Below, piece by piece: positions 12,786 through 25,001 of a stretch of DNA of 36,899 nucleotides; the first letter of the stretch is position 1, and every line of letters begins with the position of its first letter. The stretch is from Dirinaria sp. TL-2023a. Taxonomy: Eukaryota. The notes beneath the pieces are model-generated. The model was not told where the DNA came from. It saw only the letters and a list, made by a program, of their open reading frames with translations, and made no database searches. The position numbers were made by a program, and so were the translations under genes. The stretch spans positions 1 through 36,899 of the forward strand of contig JAVEBF010000059.1 in NCBI GenBank assembly GCA_051941275.1, written 5' to 3'.

Positions 12786-15022
12786 CTTTGCAAAAGGTGC
12801 TTAGGGAGATCGGGTAGGTTCCTCTTAGACGGGGATCTTGATGGACAACCTGAAATGGATGAGCGTCCTCATCCGACATCAGAAGCTCTTGGCTAGGATG
12901 TCTATGGCTGATAGAAACTGGAGGAATCAGGGGGCGGGGAGGGAGAAATTTCAAAGATCTCCAATGCGGCTGAAGAAAGGCTCGTTGAAATCAGGGTAAA
13001 TAAGTAAGCTGGCTGGCGAGGCTGGCAGCAGTAGAAGTACATTAGGGCTCAACCAGGGTTGTTGGTCTGAACCCCACCTTACACCACAGAAAATGGATGT
13101 AGTCGAGGAGTCCACCATTGATCATATGGTGTATGCAAACTGTTTTGATGGAATAGGCGAGCTTCCACTTCGTGCTACCTTCTGATTCATACTGACATTC
13201 ATAAGCAAGATTCAATCTTGAACGTGGGCGACTTGTCAAGAATTATCATTGCCAAGAATCTGCGACATCGAAAAAAGTCCATGGAGGCATATGCTTGCAC
13301 CGTACAGCATAGGCCTTCCTCTAATTGCATACTTACGCACAGCCAAGAGATTCCACTGGTCTGTGCTGGATCTGACAAGACACCTTTCGGACTTTTCAAA
13401 TAGAAGAGTGCGCTTTCCAGGGTATCTATCCAAGGGGTTACTTGACCGCTGTGAAAGGGAATCTAAAAATTGTAACGACTAGAAGGTAATACTTTTTCCA
13501 TCATTGAGGATCGATCGTTGCTGTAGAAAAAGAAATGGACATTGATGGTTTCTGATTGGAGCCCTGAACGTGTATGCGGAAGTGAGATCTTTGAAGTGCA
13601 AGTTACCTTGAGAAGCTGAAGACGATCATGCGTCGTTGTCCAGACCACGTAAAAGCGCACCATTATTGATCAATAATTGATGGATCAGAATTATTCATGC
13701 TAATACCTCCTCGTGATACAACCTACGTAGTAAAGCACTGTATGGTAAGACGATCGGCTTGAAGGAGAGAAATCATTGGACTACTTGCTTAGCCTGGAAA
13801 ACATATTCAGCACAATAAGAACGACAATCGACCAAGGTAAGGGGAGATTCTTTGATCGTCCACAACCACTTGAAGTAGATCGAGACTATGAAAGACCTTG
13901 AGGTACTCTGTATCTTGTAATGGTCGATATGGAAGAGGTTAGGAGAACGGATGAGCGAAAGCCGAGGTTCAGGCTCTTGAAGGATTCGCCCTTGTATACC
14001 TTAGGAAGCAGGATCGTCCCCATCATCTCGGAGGCGCACCCGTAGCGCGCCAGGCCAGTCTCAACCAATGCATGATTATTTAAAGGCGCAGCTATGTTCC
14101 TGAAGAGGCAACGATAATAAGGGAGCATATTAGCACACTGATGAAGAGTGGATGATCATCGTCGATGGGAGGTTTGACATGGCCGGGTAGGGTAAGATCG
14201 TCGCGGCAGGGCATGCTGAGATTGCGTGCAGCCAGGCCACGTTGGATGGGAGATTGGACTGGTGGCCCTTTTGAGCACTTCTTAGGGCGTGTATAAAGTC
14301 AGAATCCCCACACAGTAGCCAGAGGCCCTCGTCCCTACAGGGTCTGGACCCTGGACTCTGGAACCTTTTGGTGGTAGATTACAGTGGGATGGTAGAGTCA
14401 CGCTGAGACGTCGTCTAGGTCCTTGGTCCTGCCTGTCACAGGTGAAGGCGAAGGTCAGTACCTATGCGAAAGTCGGTAAGGTATGCGAAAGCATCTGGAA
14501 TGGCAGACGAACGATGTCATAATCATAATCGGCGAGCCGGTGCCAGGCATGACTATGAGGCAGCCCAACGCCCAGATGCAAAGCAGCCGTCAGCCACAGA
14601 CGTCGCTGCTAACCTTAGGGGGTTTCAAGCTCATCGGGCATCGGGAGCTGGTAAGGTACGGAGTACGGAGTATGTAGGTAGTAGGTACCTACTCTTAAGT
14701 CCGTTACCACTATCTACTGCCCTGCTGACTACTAGTACTACTGCAAGCTTAAGGTAATAATGTATGTACAAGGCAAGCTTTGGCGTGACATTAATAACCT
14801 GGAACATCTTCCTTCGAGCGGTCTAGGCCTTTGCCTTACCCACCTCTCAAAATTCTCCTCTATGGGATGAATAATCTGGCTCACAACGAGGGACCTTAGT
14901 CTCTGGACTGGAGATGGAGGGATCAGGAGTAACTCGGCGGATCAGTATTTTACTTGGCGGTGTAGGGTAGAAATACGATCATGGGCTAGCCGGAGGCTGT
15001 AGACTACCTTACTGGTTCGCAA

Positions 15023-15100
15023 TGAGGTGCGGTGAGGTGCGGTGAGGTGAGGTGAGGTAAGGTGGAGGTAAGGTGGAGGTAAGGTAGGTAAGGTAGGGTA
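15023..15100. repeat. Degenerate pentamer array (GAGGT/GCGGT/AAGGT)
   Basis: gaggt gcggt gaggt gcggt gaggt gaggt gaggt aaggt ggaggt aaggt ggaggt aaggt aggt aaggt agggt. Confidence 0.85.
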
Positions 15101-15752
15101 GAGAGCGTAAAGAGTAGTCAGTACTCAGTAGAGGCATTTAAGAGATTTCTGGGTTGTTTCGACACGCTTCGGGCCATTCAGCGGCGGTAGATGTGCGATC
15201 GCATAGTTCTAGAACACCAGAGACCTTCGGCCCATGTCGCACCCAGACAAACAAGATCTGGTTCGCCGCACATCTTGTGCGCCCATACCAAACGCCGCCC
15301 CATTCTTGCACCTTGTTCGCCTGCTCACAATTCGTAGCGAACGACCTACATAGAGTATCGATCCTCACCGGGTAATATCGACATTGCGACTGCGACCACC
15401 CCGGCTTCCTACGTCGCTTCGAGGCAATACTGAAAACCGGTTTTGAATCAAGATAGGCACTGCAGCCTTTCAACTCCTTCGGCAGACCTGAAAACGACCT
15501 CGAAAACTTCCGCCGTCACTCCTCAAAAAAAATTCGCCGCAATACGCAGTCCTTCAATTTCGCGTCCGAGGAGCAAGAGTGCGCCGTTCCATCATTCTGA
15601 TACCCGCCCCAGACTAGCCGATGGTCATCAGCGAACAATTCAAGTCAGCGCTCGACCGCGTCAGCAGGGACACTCCCTTGTCTTGAAGCATACTAGCAAA
15701 TCACCTCGGGGGAATCCATGAAACCTCAAATACAAGAGCAGTCGTCTAGGAT

Positions 15753-18612
15753 ATGGAGGACTCGGCTGGAGGTGATGGGTTGGCGGGGATGATGGAGAGG
15801 ACGTCTTTGTGCATGGCAGGACCTTGTCCCAACGTCGCAGCCCATGACGGAGACGAGTGCTTCCTGCAGTCGGTATCGCAGCATTATACAGTGCAGGAGA
15901 ATAATGCAATGGAGAAACTGGTGCTGTTGAAGGCCGAGCTCAAGGAGGCATCGACCTACGATTTCTGGAGAATACTGATGGAAGGCATGACGAGCATCAC
16001 GAATGCGCAATACGGTTTCGTCGCAAAGCGGATCCTGGTTGATGACGAGAACGCGGCCGTAGAGATGCCCTTGATTGGAGAGCCCGGCTCATGCTTACTC
16101 GGTGTCGCTTTCTACTACAACGACGGACATGAGCTCAAAAACCTGCATAGAGACTTCAAGTACCTCGCTTACGGTGCGCCATGTCAAAGCATGAGGCACG
16201 ACAAGGTCTTTCTCATCCCGAACGGGCTTCCTCAATTTGTTACCCACAACCCTAATGCCTTTCCGTTTCCCACCGAAGCTTACCTAGCTGTACCGCTGTT
16301 TGCAGAGGGTAAATGTTTTGCGCACTTTGGAATGATGTGGAATGACGAAGGACTTGAGAGAAAGCCCGTTAGTTGGCCGTTGGCCGAAATGTTGCTTCAC
16401 AGTCTCGAAGATCTTATACTGGAACGGCTTCTTGAAGGCCAGGGTTTTGCACAATCCGCCGAGCAGAATCGAGCTGCAAGGGTTATTCCTCACGAGGCCA
16501 TCACCGCGGCGCAATCATTAAAACCCTACGCGCGGAGCCTATCACATGAATTGCGAACGCCAATGCAGGGCGTGGTGGGAATGCTGGATGTCATGCACGC
16601 TACAGTCCAAGAATCTCTGGAAGGTCAGTCTGATGCTGTGGTCCGCAAAGTGCTCAAGACCTTGAGGGAGAATATCGAAACGGTTCAAGGTAACAATACA
16701 GCTTCTGGTTGTGCTTTAATTTCGGAAAGTAATGTACTGACCCTTCTCCAGACAGCTCAAGAAGAGCAGTAGAGGCAGCCGACAACGTTGTCCACGCCTA
16801 TGATCTGAATATGCAAATTCCGGATACACCGGTACAGCAGAATGACGAGGAGGGTCTGGAGGTTCAATCTACCGCTTCTACAGAGCGGCGGCCAAGCCTG
16901 CTCACGGAGGGCAACAGCGTCTTCTTCAGAAAGAATAAACGTCCACGGACAACCTCTCTTGAATTGACTCCACCGGCCTCCAAGCACCGCGTGGTTCAGT
17001 CTAACCGGCCAACACCACACCGCGAACGTCGAGCCGTGTCTCCTCATACTGCGTCCCTGCGGAGCGCGGTGGAGGAGAGCGACGAAATTACGACTGTGAT
17101 GGAAGGAGTCTTGCGCACAGCAAAGCCAGTCCATGAATCCAGCCGAAACACACCGACGATAGCGGAACCCGAACTTTCAGCAGACGCTGCTGAATCTGAA
17201 CTCGCATCTACACCTGGACTTAGGCACACCAGAATTAGAGAGCTTCTGCATCTAGTTATAAACGAGTCGCTAAGGGTGGGTGGTAGACCGGACTCTGCAG
17301 TCGCCGAAGACACCGAAGGTGGCGAGATAATTGAAGTCAGGACCAAGCAATCCAAAGGCGGTGGCTCCAGCAAGATCATTGAGTGGTCGGTCGACGCTCG
17401 CGTCCCAGACATGATTTTTGGTAAGCTCTATGATCTATGGTATTTTCGACCACCAAGGAACTTGGTGCTGACTGTTCTTCAATAGTGGACGAGCGTGACC
17501 TCGCCAAGCTCGTATCTTGTGTTTTTCTCAATGCTGTAAAATTTACGGAACATGGGAAAATAACGCTTACTACGACTATGAGTCCTAAGTCCAGATCGAT
17601 TGTAATCAACGTGGTCGACACGGGGCCCGGTATACCAGAAGATTTCATACCCTACCTCTTCAGACCGTTTTCGCGGGAGGACGACTCATTAACGCGCCAA
17701 AAAGAGGGCCTTGGACTGGGGTTGCTGGTCGCCAAAGGTATTGCTCGCAAAATTGGCGGCGATCTTCTCTGTATAAGGTCAGATACAAATGGTCCTCGAC
17801 GAGGATCTGAATTCGAGCTACGAGTCCCTATATCTGCTACGGATCCCACAAGCAGAGGGAGTACACCCCGCCACACTTCGACGCCCTCTCGGCGGCAGAC
17901 CGATGACTCACCTGTTCCAAGTAACCGAGGACGGCAACCGTCAACCGTGACACGCCGGCGCAACTCCCAAAAGAATATCTCGGCGCCCACGGCCCAAACT
18001 TCCAATCCGACTCAGTATGTAAAAGCCTCCTCACCGCTTAAGACTTCATCTCCATCACGGCACAGTAGCATTCCTCGACACCAGTCATCCCCAGCACGCC
18101 GGTCATCCGCCAAGAAAACCTTGACTTTTGACCGCGATCTGGCCAAAAAGCACCCACTTACGTTTCTGGTCGCAGAGGACAACAAGATCAATCGTCAGCT
18201 GCTTATCAACATGTTATCGAAGCTTGGATACCATAATGTGTATGAGGCTGAGAATGGCGCTGAAGCAGTAAGCCAGATGGCTATTGATCGGCGAGCCCGC
18301 AATGAGCAAGCTGTCGACGTTATCCTGATGGATCTCTGGATGCCAACCATGGACGGCTACGAGGCTGCTCAGAGGATATTCGACATGGAGAGAGAGCGGC
18401 GAAGCAAAGGGATTCCCAATCAGGACGACGATGACCGGGCGAGACGAAAGCGATCCCTGACCGTTCTGGCGGTGAGCGCGGATGTGACGGACTCAGCACT
18501 CGAACGAGCGAGCGAAGTCGGCATGGAAGGATATATGACCAAACCGTACAAGCTGTTGGATCTGGAACGACTGATAAGGGAGTATTGCGCTAACGACCTA
18601 TATTCGTCCTAA
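15753..18612 (+). CDS. Cytosolic hybrid sensor histidine kinase / response regulator, 3 exons, ~910 aa
   Basis: Exons 15753-16689, 16752-17420, 17486-18612. H-box SLSHELRTPMQGVVGMLD, N-box VFLNAVKFT, G1 DTGPGI, F LFRPF, G2 GLGLGL; receiver LVAEDN..ILMDLWMPTMDG..VSAD..YMTKP; GAF-like N-terminus (YLAVPLFAEGKCFAHFG). The start could be Met1 or Met13/14. Confidence 0.92.
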
Positions 18613-18868
18613 TTTGGGGTCATGTCTGCCTGGCATAGCATGGAGTACAGGATCTGCAATCATGATAGGCGCGCACACTACGCTACTAGCGAGGAGGGGG
18701 GGGAGTTTTTTGGGTGGTTTCTGGTGATCTACAAGCATTTTTCGGAGCACACGTATAATTACGGACAGGACTCCTAAATTTCGGGATTTGACGACAGGAC
18801 GTATCTAAGGACGTACCTAAGTTCCCTGAGGTACAGTTATTGTTCATGCATGAGCGTATCTAGGGTAG

Positions 18869-18884
18869 AGGCACCTAGGTGCCT
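18869..18884. repeat. Perfect 16-bp palindrome AGGCACCTAGGTGCCT
   Basis: Self-reverse-complementary. A near-perfect 12-nt tandem duplication (AGGACGTATCTA/AGGACGTACCTA, 18797-18820) lies just upstream. Confidence 0.85.
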
Positions 18885-19760
18885 GACCATATTGAGGTAA
18901 GGTGATCGATCTTACGAGTACATGTAGCCTGTTTGCTGGATCAAACGCTCCCAGGCTCTTTCGCTTCTATCATCGCGCACCGCACACAGTATTGTTAGTA
19001 TTATTATGGTAAAGTCAACCTCATCAAATTCAACTCATGCTACCTACTATTTTAATGCAAGTTGTGGTTTGCTCCTACCCGCTGTGTTTTTCCCATTCGT
19101 GCACCAATGAGAGAAAACCGTAATTATGAGAGCATCTACTAGTATGGGTCTTCCGAATATTATTATCGTTGTCCATCGAATTTAAAAGTATCTTCTTCCA
19201 TGTCACGTGGGCATATTATGCATGTAAGTCGAGCGCCGATCCAAGAGAACTAAGATGCTACTAGTCTACTATGTTACTATGTACTGAAGCGCCGTGTGTC
19301 GCAAATAGCCATCAGAAAGCCTAATGAGGTACCATTCACCTCTTACCACCCGCTACGGCACACACCCCCTCCCGCCGTTATTTTTATTAACGTCTAAGCG
19401 TCCTAGACGTAGCTTTCAGGGAACCCCCCCTGCCCCTGGTCAGCCTTACCTTACTGTACCTTCGATGAGCTGAAGTATTAAGACACTCTACTAGTAGGAA
19501 ATTTTCTGACATGAAGAACCAGAAATCATGCCCTTGTCGACTCGTTTCCCATCTCCTTGTTCCACAGTAATCGCGACCACTGCTATTGCCATGCCAGCTA
19601 TGAGTCCCGAGTAGAGAGGCATGGCGACAAGCATATTAAGTTGTGCCTCTCGAGACGTCGACGCCTCTAGCAATTCCCAGGCACCAGAATAGCAGAATGC
19701 GACGCAGCAGCGATTCTTCCAACAACATTGCTCCCGACGGCGGCAAACGCTTGCCCGAGC

Positions 19761-22700
19761 ATGCAGAGTCACTACTCTCCGACCCAAGGTTCCCAGTCAC
19801 CACGCTCCGTACTGCCACCCCTCAGCAAGTACTACTACGGACCCGCACAAGAAAGAGCTTCTCCCCAGCGCGCCAATAACAGCGAAGGTACATCCGCCCT
19901 GTCGTATTTCACTCCCCAATTTGCCGTGTACTGAAGCTGGTGTGTCCAGATTTGTCAAGACGAAGCCCCTTCTCCACGCCTCCTAGTTTACCTCCTCGAC
20001 AACCCGCCAATCCTGAACCGCTCCCTGCTTCGCAATGGATCAACCGTTTTGTAGCTACGGAACAACTATGGAATCTTCCAGGGCCTCCTTCGTCGACGCC
20101 ACCATCGAGCCATATGTCGAACGCACCATACGACCCAAATACGTACGGGCTTATGCCTGGCGCGCATCAACCAGCCGATGTCCTGCCTGCTATCCAGCAA
20201 CCTCAAAATCCTCCTTCCGGGCGGCGGCCCGAGAATTCTACGTGGGAGGACGACTACAACTATGCAAATACCGATGAGCCGGCAATTGCATCAAAGCCAC
20301 CATTACCTGTAGGTCGCATTGTTACTTTCTCCAATAGCACCAGTACCCCATTGCTGATCTCTCCGATTGCTGTAGCCCAGGCCATACGCCTCAACTTCTC
20401 AAGCGAACATTCAAGCCAGCTCAAGTGATCAAATGTCCTATGGTTTAGATGTCCGCCCTCTCGAGTACCTTTCATCAGTCGCTTATAGCCCAGGGGATCG
20501 CCAACCGGCTCAGAATTCCCAGGTTCCTTCACAGACTGCTCCCTTCGGTATAGCGTCTCCACCGCCTTCTGGAAAGCTGCCGCCCCCGCCTCCACCGAAA
20601 TTACCTCGTGATCACGACGCCGAGGAGGCACAACGCTTCCACTTCCCTGATTATCCCCAACCTAGTGGGCTCTCTCGACCCCAAAGGATCCCTAAACCCG
20701 AGACATTGAGTGAAGGACAGCGCCAGCACCTTGCATTTGAAGAGGCCCAGAAAGACCAGGTCACTTATTCCATCCCACCTTCTGTATGGCGGCAAGACCC
20801 TCCAGCAGTGCAAACACAAACCGTGGGACCCAGCCCGGATAGCGGAATGCGGAACGACCAGCCCCAGCTTCGTCAAGCGAAACACCTGTACGAAGAGCGG
20901 GCGACACCTCCAGATGGTGTCTACAATGCGGACGCTTTGACCGTTGCACGGCATCATCAAACAACAGGTAATGGTCTCCAAGAAGAAGAGTATCGGACCA
21001 CATCAGGCCAGAACGATCACCCTAAGCGGGGCTCCGGGTCTCCTAGCTACCCAGAGGAAGCGACAGAGCGGGTACAGATCGTACAGAAGGATACCGATGC
21101 TTATCACCAAAGCCACGGGCCACACCCTTCAGTCCAACAGGAACCCCGAGATACTCCCGATGATGGGCATCATCGTAGCGACTCCTTCTATTGGCAATCA
21201 CCTCACTCGTCTGTTCACAGCATAAAAGCCGACCAAGAAGAACAGTCCGCAAATGCTACTCCATCGGAACCCACCACTAATCACCAAGCGCATTCAGCTC
21301 CTTACACGGATGTCACTCGTAACGATCACGCCAACCTGCTGCCTTCAACGCTCCTGTCTCACTCCACGCTAGGAATTTCTGCTCTGGGAGCTGGAGGACC
21401 GTCCGATTGGGAGTACTTGGGTGACTACGAAGGTGAGGATATTGATGATACGGAGCTTTACTCACGGCCAAGGCCACCCACAAACGCAAGCGCCGTACCA
21501 GAGTCCGCGGAGCTACCTGCCGAGATCTCACAAAGCAAACCACCTAAAGAAAGCACCGCAGAAAGGGTTTCAGAACAACCCACGGCGCCCGATATCTCTG
21601 CGGCTTGCGACGAAGGAGTACACCCAAAGCCAACGGAATCAATGATTGAAGAAATTGTGGTACAAGCTGAACAATGGCAAGACGCACATAAGGGTGAGGA
21701 GGTATTGGAATTGCAAAATCAAGGGCAAGTGGGGAAGAACACTTTGGACCAGCAACCTGGATTCAGTATCGACCTTACAACAAAATCCGCATCAGATACA
21801 CCTAAACGGGAGGATCTCCACCTCAATTCGGATGAAAGTATCCCAGCCTGGTCAAGGGCGGCATCAACAGAGAATTCGCTCAAGCCTAACAGCCTAGAGC
21901 CTACAGAGGCCCAGCGTCATACACCGTTTGAGAATCACAGCCCCGAGCATACAAACAAGGACCTTGAGGTACTCGAAGAGCCGGCAGCCGGGGAACAGGC
22001 AGCCGGGGAGCCGGCGCTTGCTGCTGTTTCTGTAGCTCACAACCCTTCAAATGAGACTGGCATTGCACAGCAGACCAAGCGTATGGAGGCCGATAGGACT
22101 CCGTTAGGAGAAGCAAGAGAGGAGGGAGCCGGAGGACCTATCAATGAGCGAACATCGTCTCAGGCTCCTAATTCAAGTCAAGCTACAGGGATGCTGTCGA
22201 CCGTCAAAGATACCAACAGCCACAAATCCGATTCAATCGATGAGATCGCTCCGTCAAAGCAGCCATCCTTTACACCAAATGGAGTATCGTTCTCCCGGGC
22301 GCAAGAGACGGAGGATCCGTATGCCGGCTTGGACGCATGGGGTAAAGCATCCCTCAACCGATACATTGCCATGCTTCGTGAGGAATCTCAGGCGGAGACG
22401 GATAAAGAGAAACTTAACATCTTTACTGTGTTCGCAAATCGAGAATCTCGCCTGCGCGCAGTGCTATACGGTGCCGACAATGAGCCGGTAGCAACTCGGT
22501 TAGAAGAGGTGAAGACTTCCCCAATCAAACGAGCGAGTACGACGACGTACAAGCACACTTCAAAAGCTTTACCAGCCTTGCCTGAAAGCACGCGCGAGGT
22601 GGCGCCAAGGGAAGCCAACAGCCATAGCAGGAAGCCTTCGAAAAAGCTTTCAGCAGCTGCTATCCTCGGGAACCCAAAGCCGACGCTTAAATCTCTAGAT

Positions 22701-24497
22701 ACGAATGACACATCATCTGCCGATATTGCATCTGCCATGACCGATTCGCCAAACAGCATTCAATACAGTCCTGGCGGAAGACCAGTAGTTGTACGCCCGC
22801 CGAAGGATATCACGCCCAGCAGTAAAACCCCAATCATCGAGACTGCTTTCTCCCCAGCAATCAGTGGCAGCTTGCTACCCGATGGATCGATTGATATACC
22901 CATACCAGCTTCTACAGATCAGCCCCCAGCTGAGGTTTCGTCCGCGTACATACCTTTCAAGTTTGGTGATGGCCAGTCGGAAGCTAAGAATTACACCGCT
23001 AATCGACTTTCAAAACGCCAATCAGTATTTCGGCCTTACTCGAAGATGATGAATGCGGACGACTATCCCCAGATCTTTCAAAAAGATGAGACTAGTGGTG
23101 GGAATGGCCCACCAGTGCCATCCGGTATCGATCCAACTCCAGCACCCTTAAGGCAGCAAGATACAGTGGAACTCGATCTGAGGCGTTTTGAACGCGCGGA
23201 CTTCGATCCGCTAGTATCCGTACTTCCAGAGGCTGGCGAGATTAGACCTGAATCTCTGCAGCTCTCTGAGTTGAGGCAAATAATGGACGCTGTGCCTGAC
23301 GATTTTTCTTTCATCCATCAAAGTGTCGTTGCATGGGATAGTAAAGCGAAGAAGGCACGACAATCGAATGAGCGGCAGCGGCACGCAAGACAGGTGGAAT
23401 CTGAGCAGAGAATCGATGCCCTCTTCAATGACCATGAGATCGGCTATGGCGATATATCTGAGCTTGAATCTGGCTTCAAACGATCAGAGGCTGCTAGGAA
23501 GGCCGACGAGGACCGTGCAGAGTACCAGACCTTCGTCTCCGAGGTTTTTGATATCGTTTGGACGCGTTTGCACTACGAAATCGACCAATTGAATCCCAGC
23601 TATCAGGACTACACCAGAAAGTTGGATCACACTACGACGGGAAAAGAAATGTTTGACTCGTCCCTTGACCAATTTGCCCTTGCTCCGACCATGGATGCTC
23701 TGCTTACGCTGCACCAAAAGCTTGAAATTCGGCACGAGAAGGCCTTCCAAGCAGTGATTGAACGTGATCGGCGGCTGAAGAAAACCGAGCTCTCCCAATG
23801 GTATTCCCTCGGTAATGTGGCCAAGGTGAAGCAAATGGAAAGACAATTCGAGCAAGCTGAGAAAAAAGCCATCCTTGACTACTGCAGACAGAGAGACATC
23901 CGGGCAAACAGCTTGATGGACAATATCGACCAAAACACTCTACGTGGCGTGGGTGCCAATCAGGACTATATGGAGATGGTCATGAAAGCCGTCCGGCGCA
24001 TCGCGTCGGGACGGGCTTTCGCCTCTCAACCGGGATCCAGTGAGCCCGGTGTCGGCCTCGAGGAAGTGACTAAAGCAAAGTCGATCACCAAGGCGCTGGC
24101 CACGTCATCGGAGCAGATCGTGCAGACGTTCCACGTGGCTGACATGCTCCTGAATGCCGCCGACTATGAGCTCTCGGTTGCCAAAGCCAAACTACAGGCC
24201 GCGAGTCCGGCCACGTTCCAGAATTTGAAAGAGGAGCGAGCGAAAGAGGACCAGAAGCTGATGCGAGATCTGGAGCATCGCTTGGCGCTGATCCGAGAAG
24301 ACTCACGAAGGACGCATGACGAGATCGTCAAACTCCTGCTCTTCCTAGGCGTTCAGAGTGGGCATGCGCCCGGTTCCACGACCGCTCCCAAAGCCACCGA
24401 TCCAGGACACGAAGAGAGGCTGCAGCAAGCGCTCGAGGACGCCAAACGAAGGAACGCCGCGTTAAACCACGGAGCCTTGTCTGCAAACTCCTCATAG
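19761..24497 (+). CDS. Large uncharacterised protein, 3 exons, ~1535 aa; disordered Pro/Ser/Glu-rich N-terminal two-thirds and helical/coiled-coil C-terminal domain
   Basis: Exons 19761-19887, 19950-20308, 20376-24497 join in frame through GT-AG introns, and the last exon is a 4.1-kb open frame. No domain recognised. The start codon is less certain. Confidence 0.85.
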
Positions 24498-24975
24498 TTC
24501 CATGGGTCGGTGAAAGGTGCGGCCTGGAATCAACCCGGATCCCATGTATAGAAAGTCGGCGACATCGAGAGCATCACAGTATGGTGCTAGTCGGCCTACA
24601 GGACCTTATGACGACCTCACGATACGGTTGATTGCACCGCAGGCGTTTCTCCGTTACGATCATACTGTAATGTCTTATAGATAATAATAAATAATAGGGA
24701 CTCCTACATTGACTGTATGCACGCTCAAATGCCATCCACAATGGCAACAGTCGGTGTTTTGTTACCCTTGTTTTGAAACGCATGACATGGCTCATCGCAA
24801 GGCCAGGTGATCGAACGAAAGGCGCCCAATACCTTTTACCTTGCTAACCCTACTCCAATTAGATCCAGTATCTTGGAGAATATAGTTGGCTCAAGGTCGA
24901 AATCGCTTGAGAACATGTGGGTTACGTCTAGATACAAGGACTCACTTACCTCGAGCTACCTTACCATACCTACTT

Positions 24976-25001
24976 TAGGTAAGGTAATCTTACCTTACCT
25001 A
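24976..25001. repeat. 12-bp perfect inverted repeat, 2-nt spacer
   Basis: TAGGTAAGGTAA tc TTACCTTACCTA. Confidence 0.9.

Noticed and set aside
15023..15100. Interstitial telomere repeat or CRISPR-like array
   Set aside because: Units are degenerate pentamers, not TTAGGG, and there are no unique spacers; the context is eukaryotic.
21978..22015. 15-nt in-frame repeat (EPAAG EQAAG EPA)
   Set aside because: Ordinary slippage within a disordered coding region.
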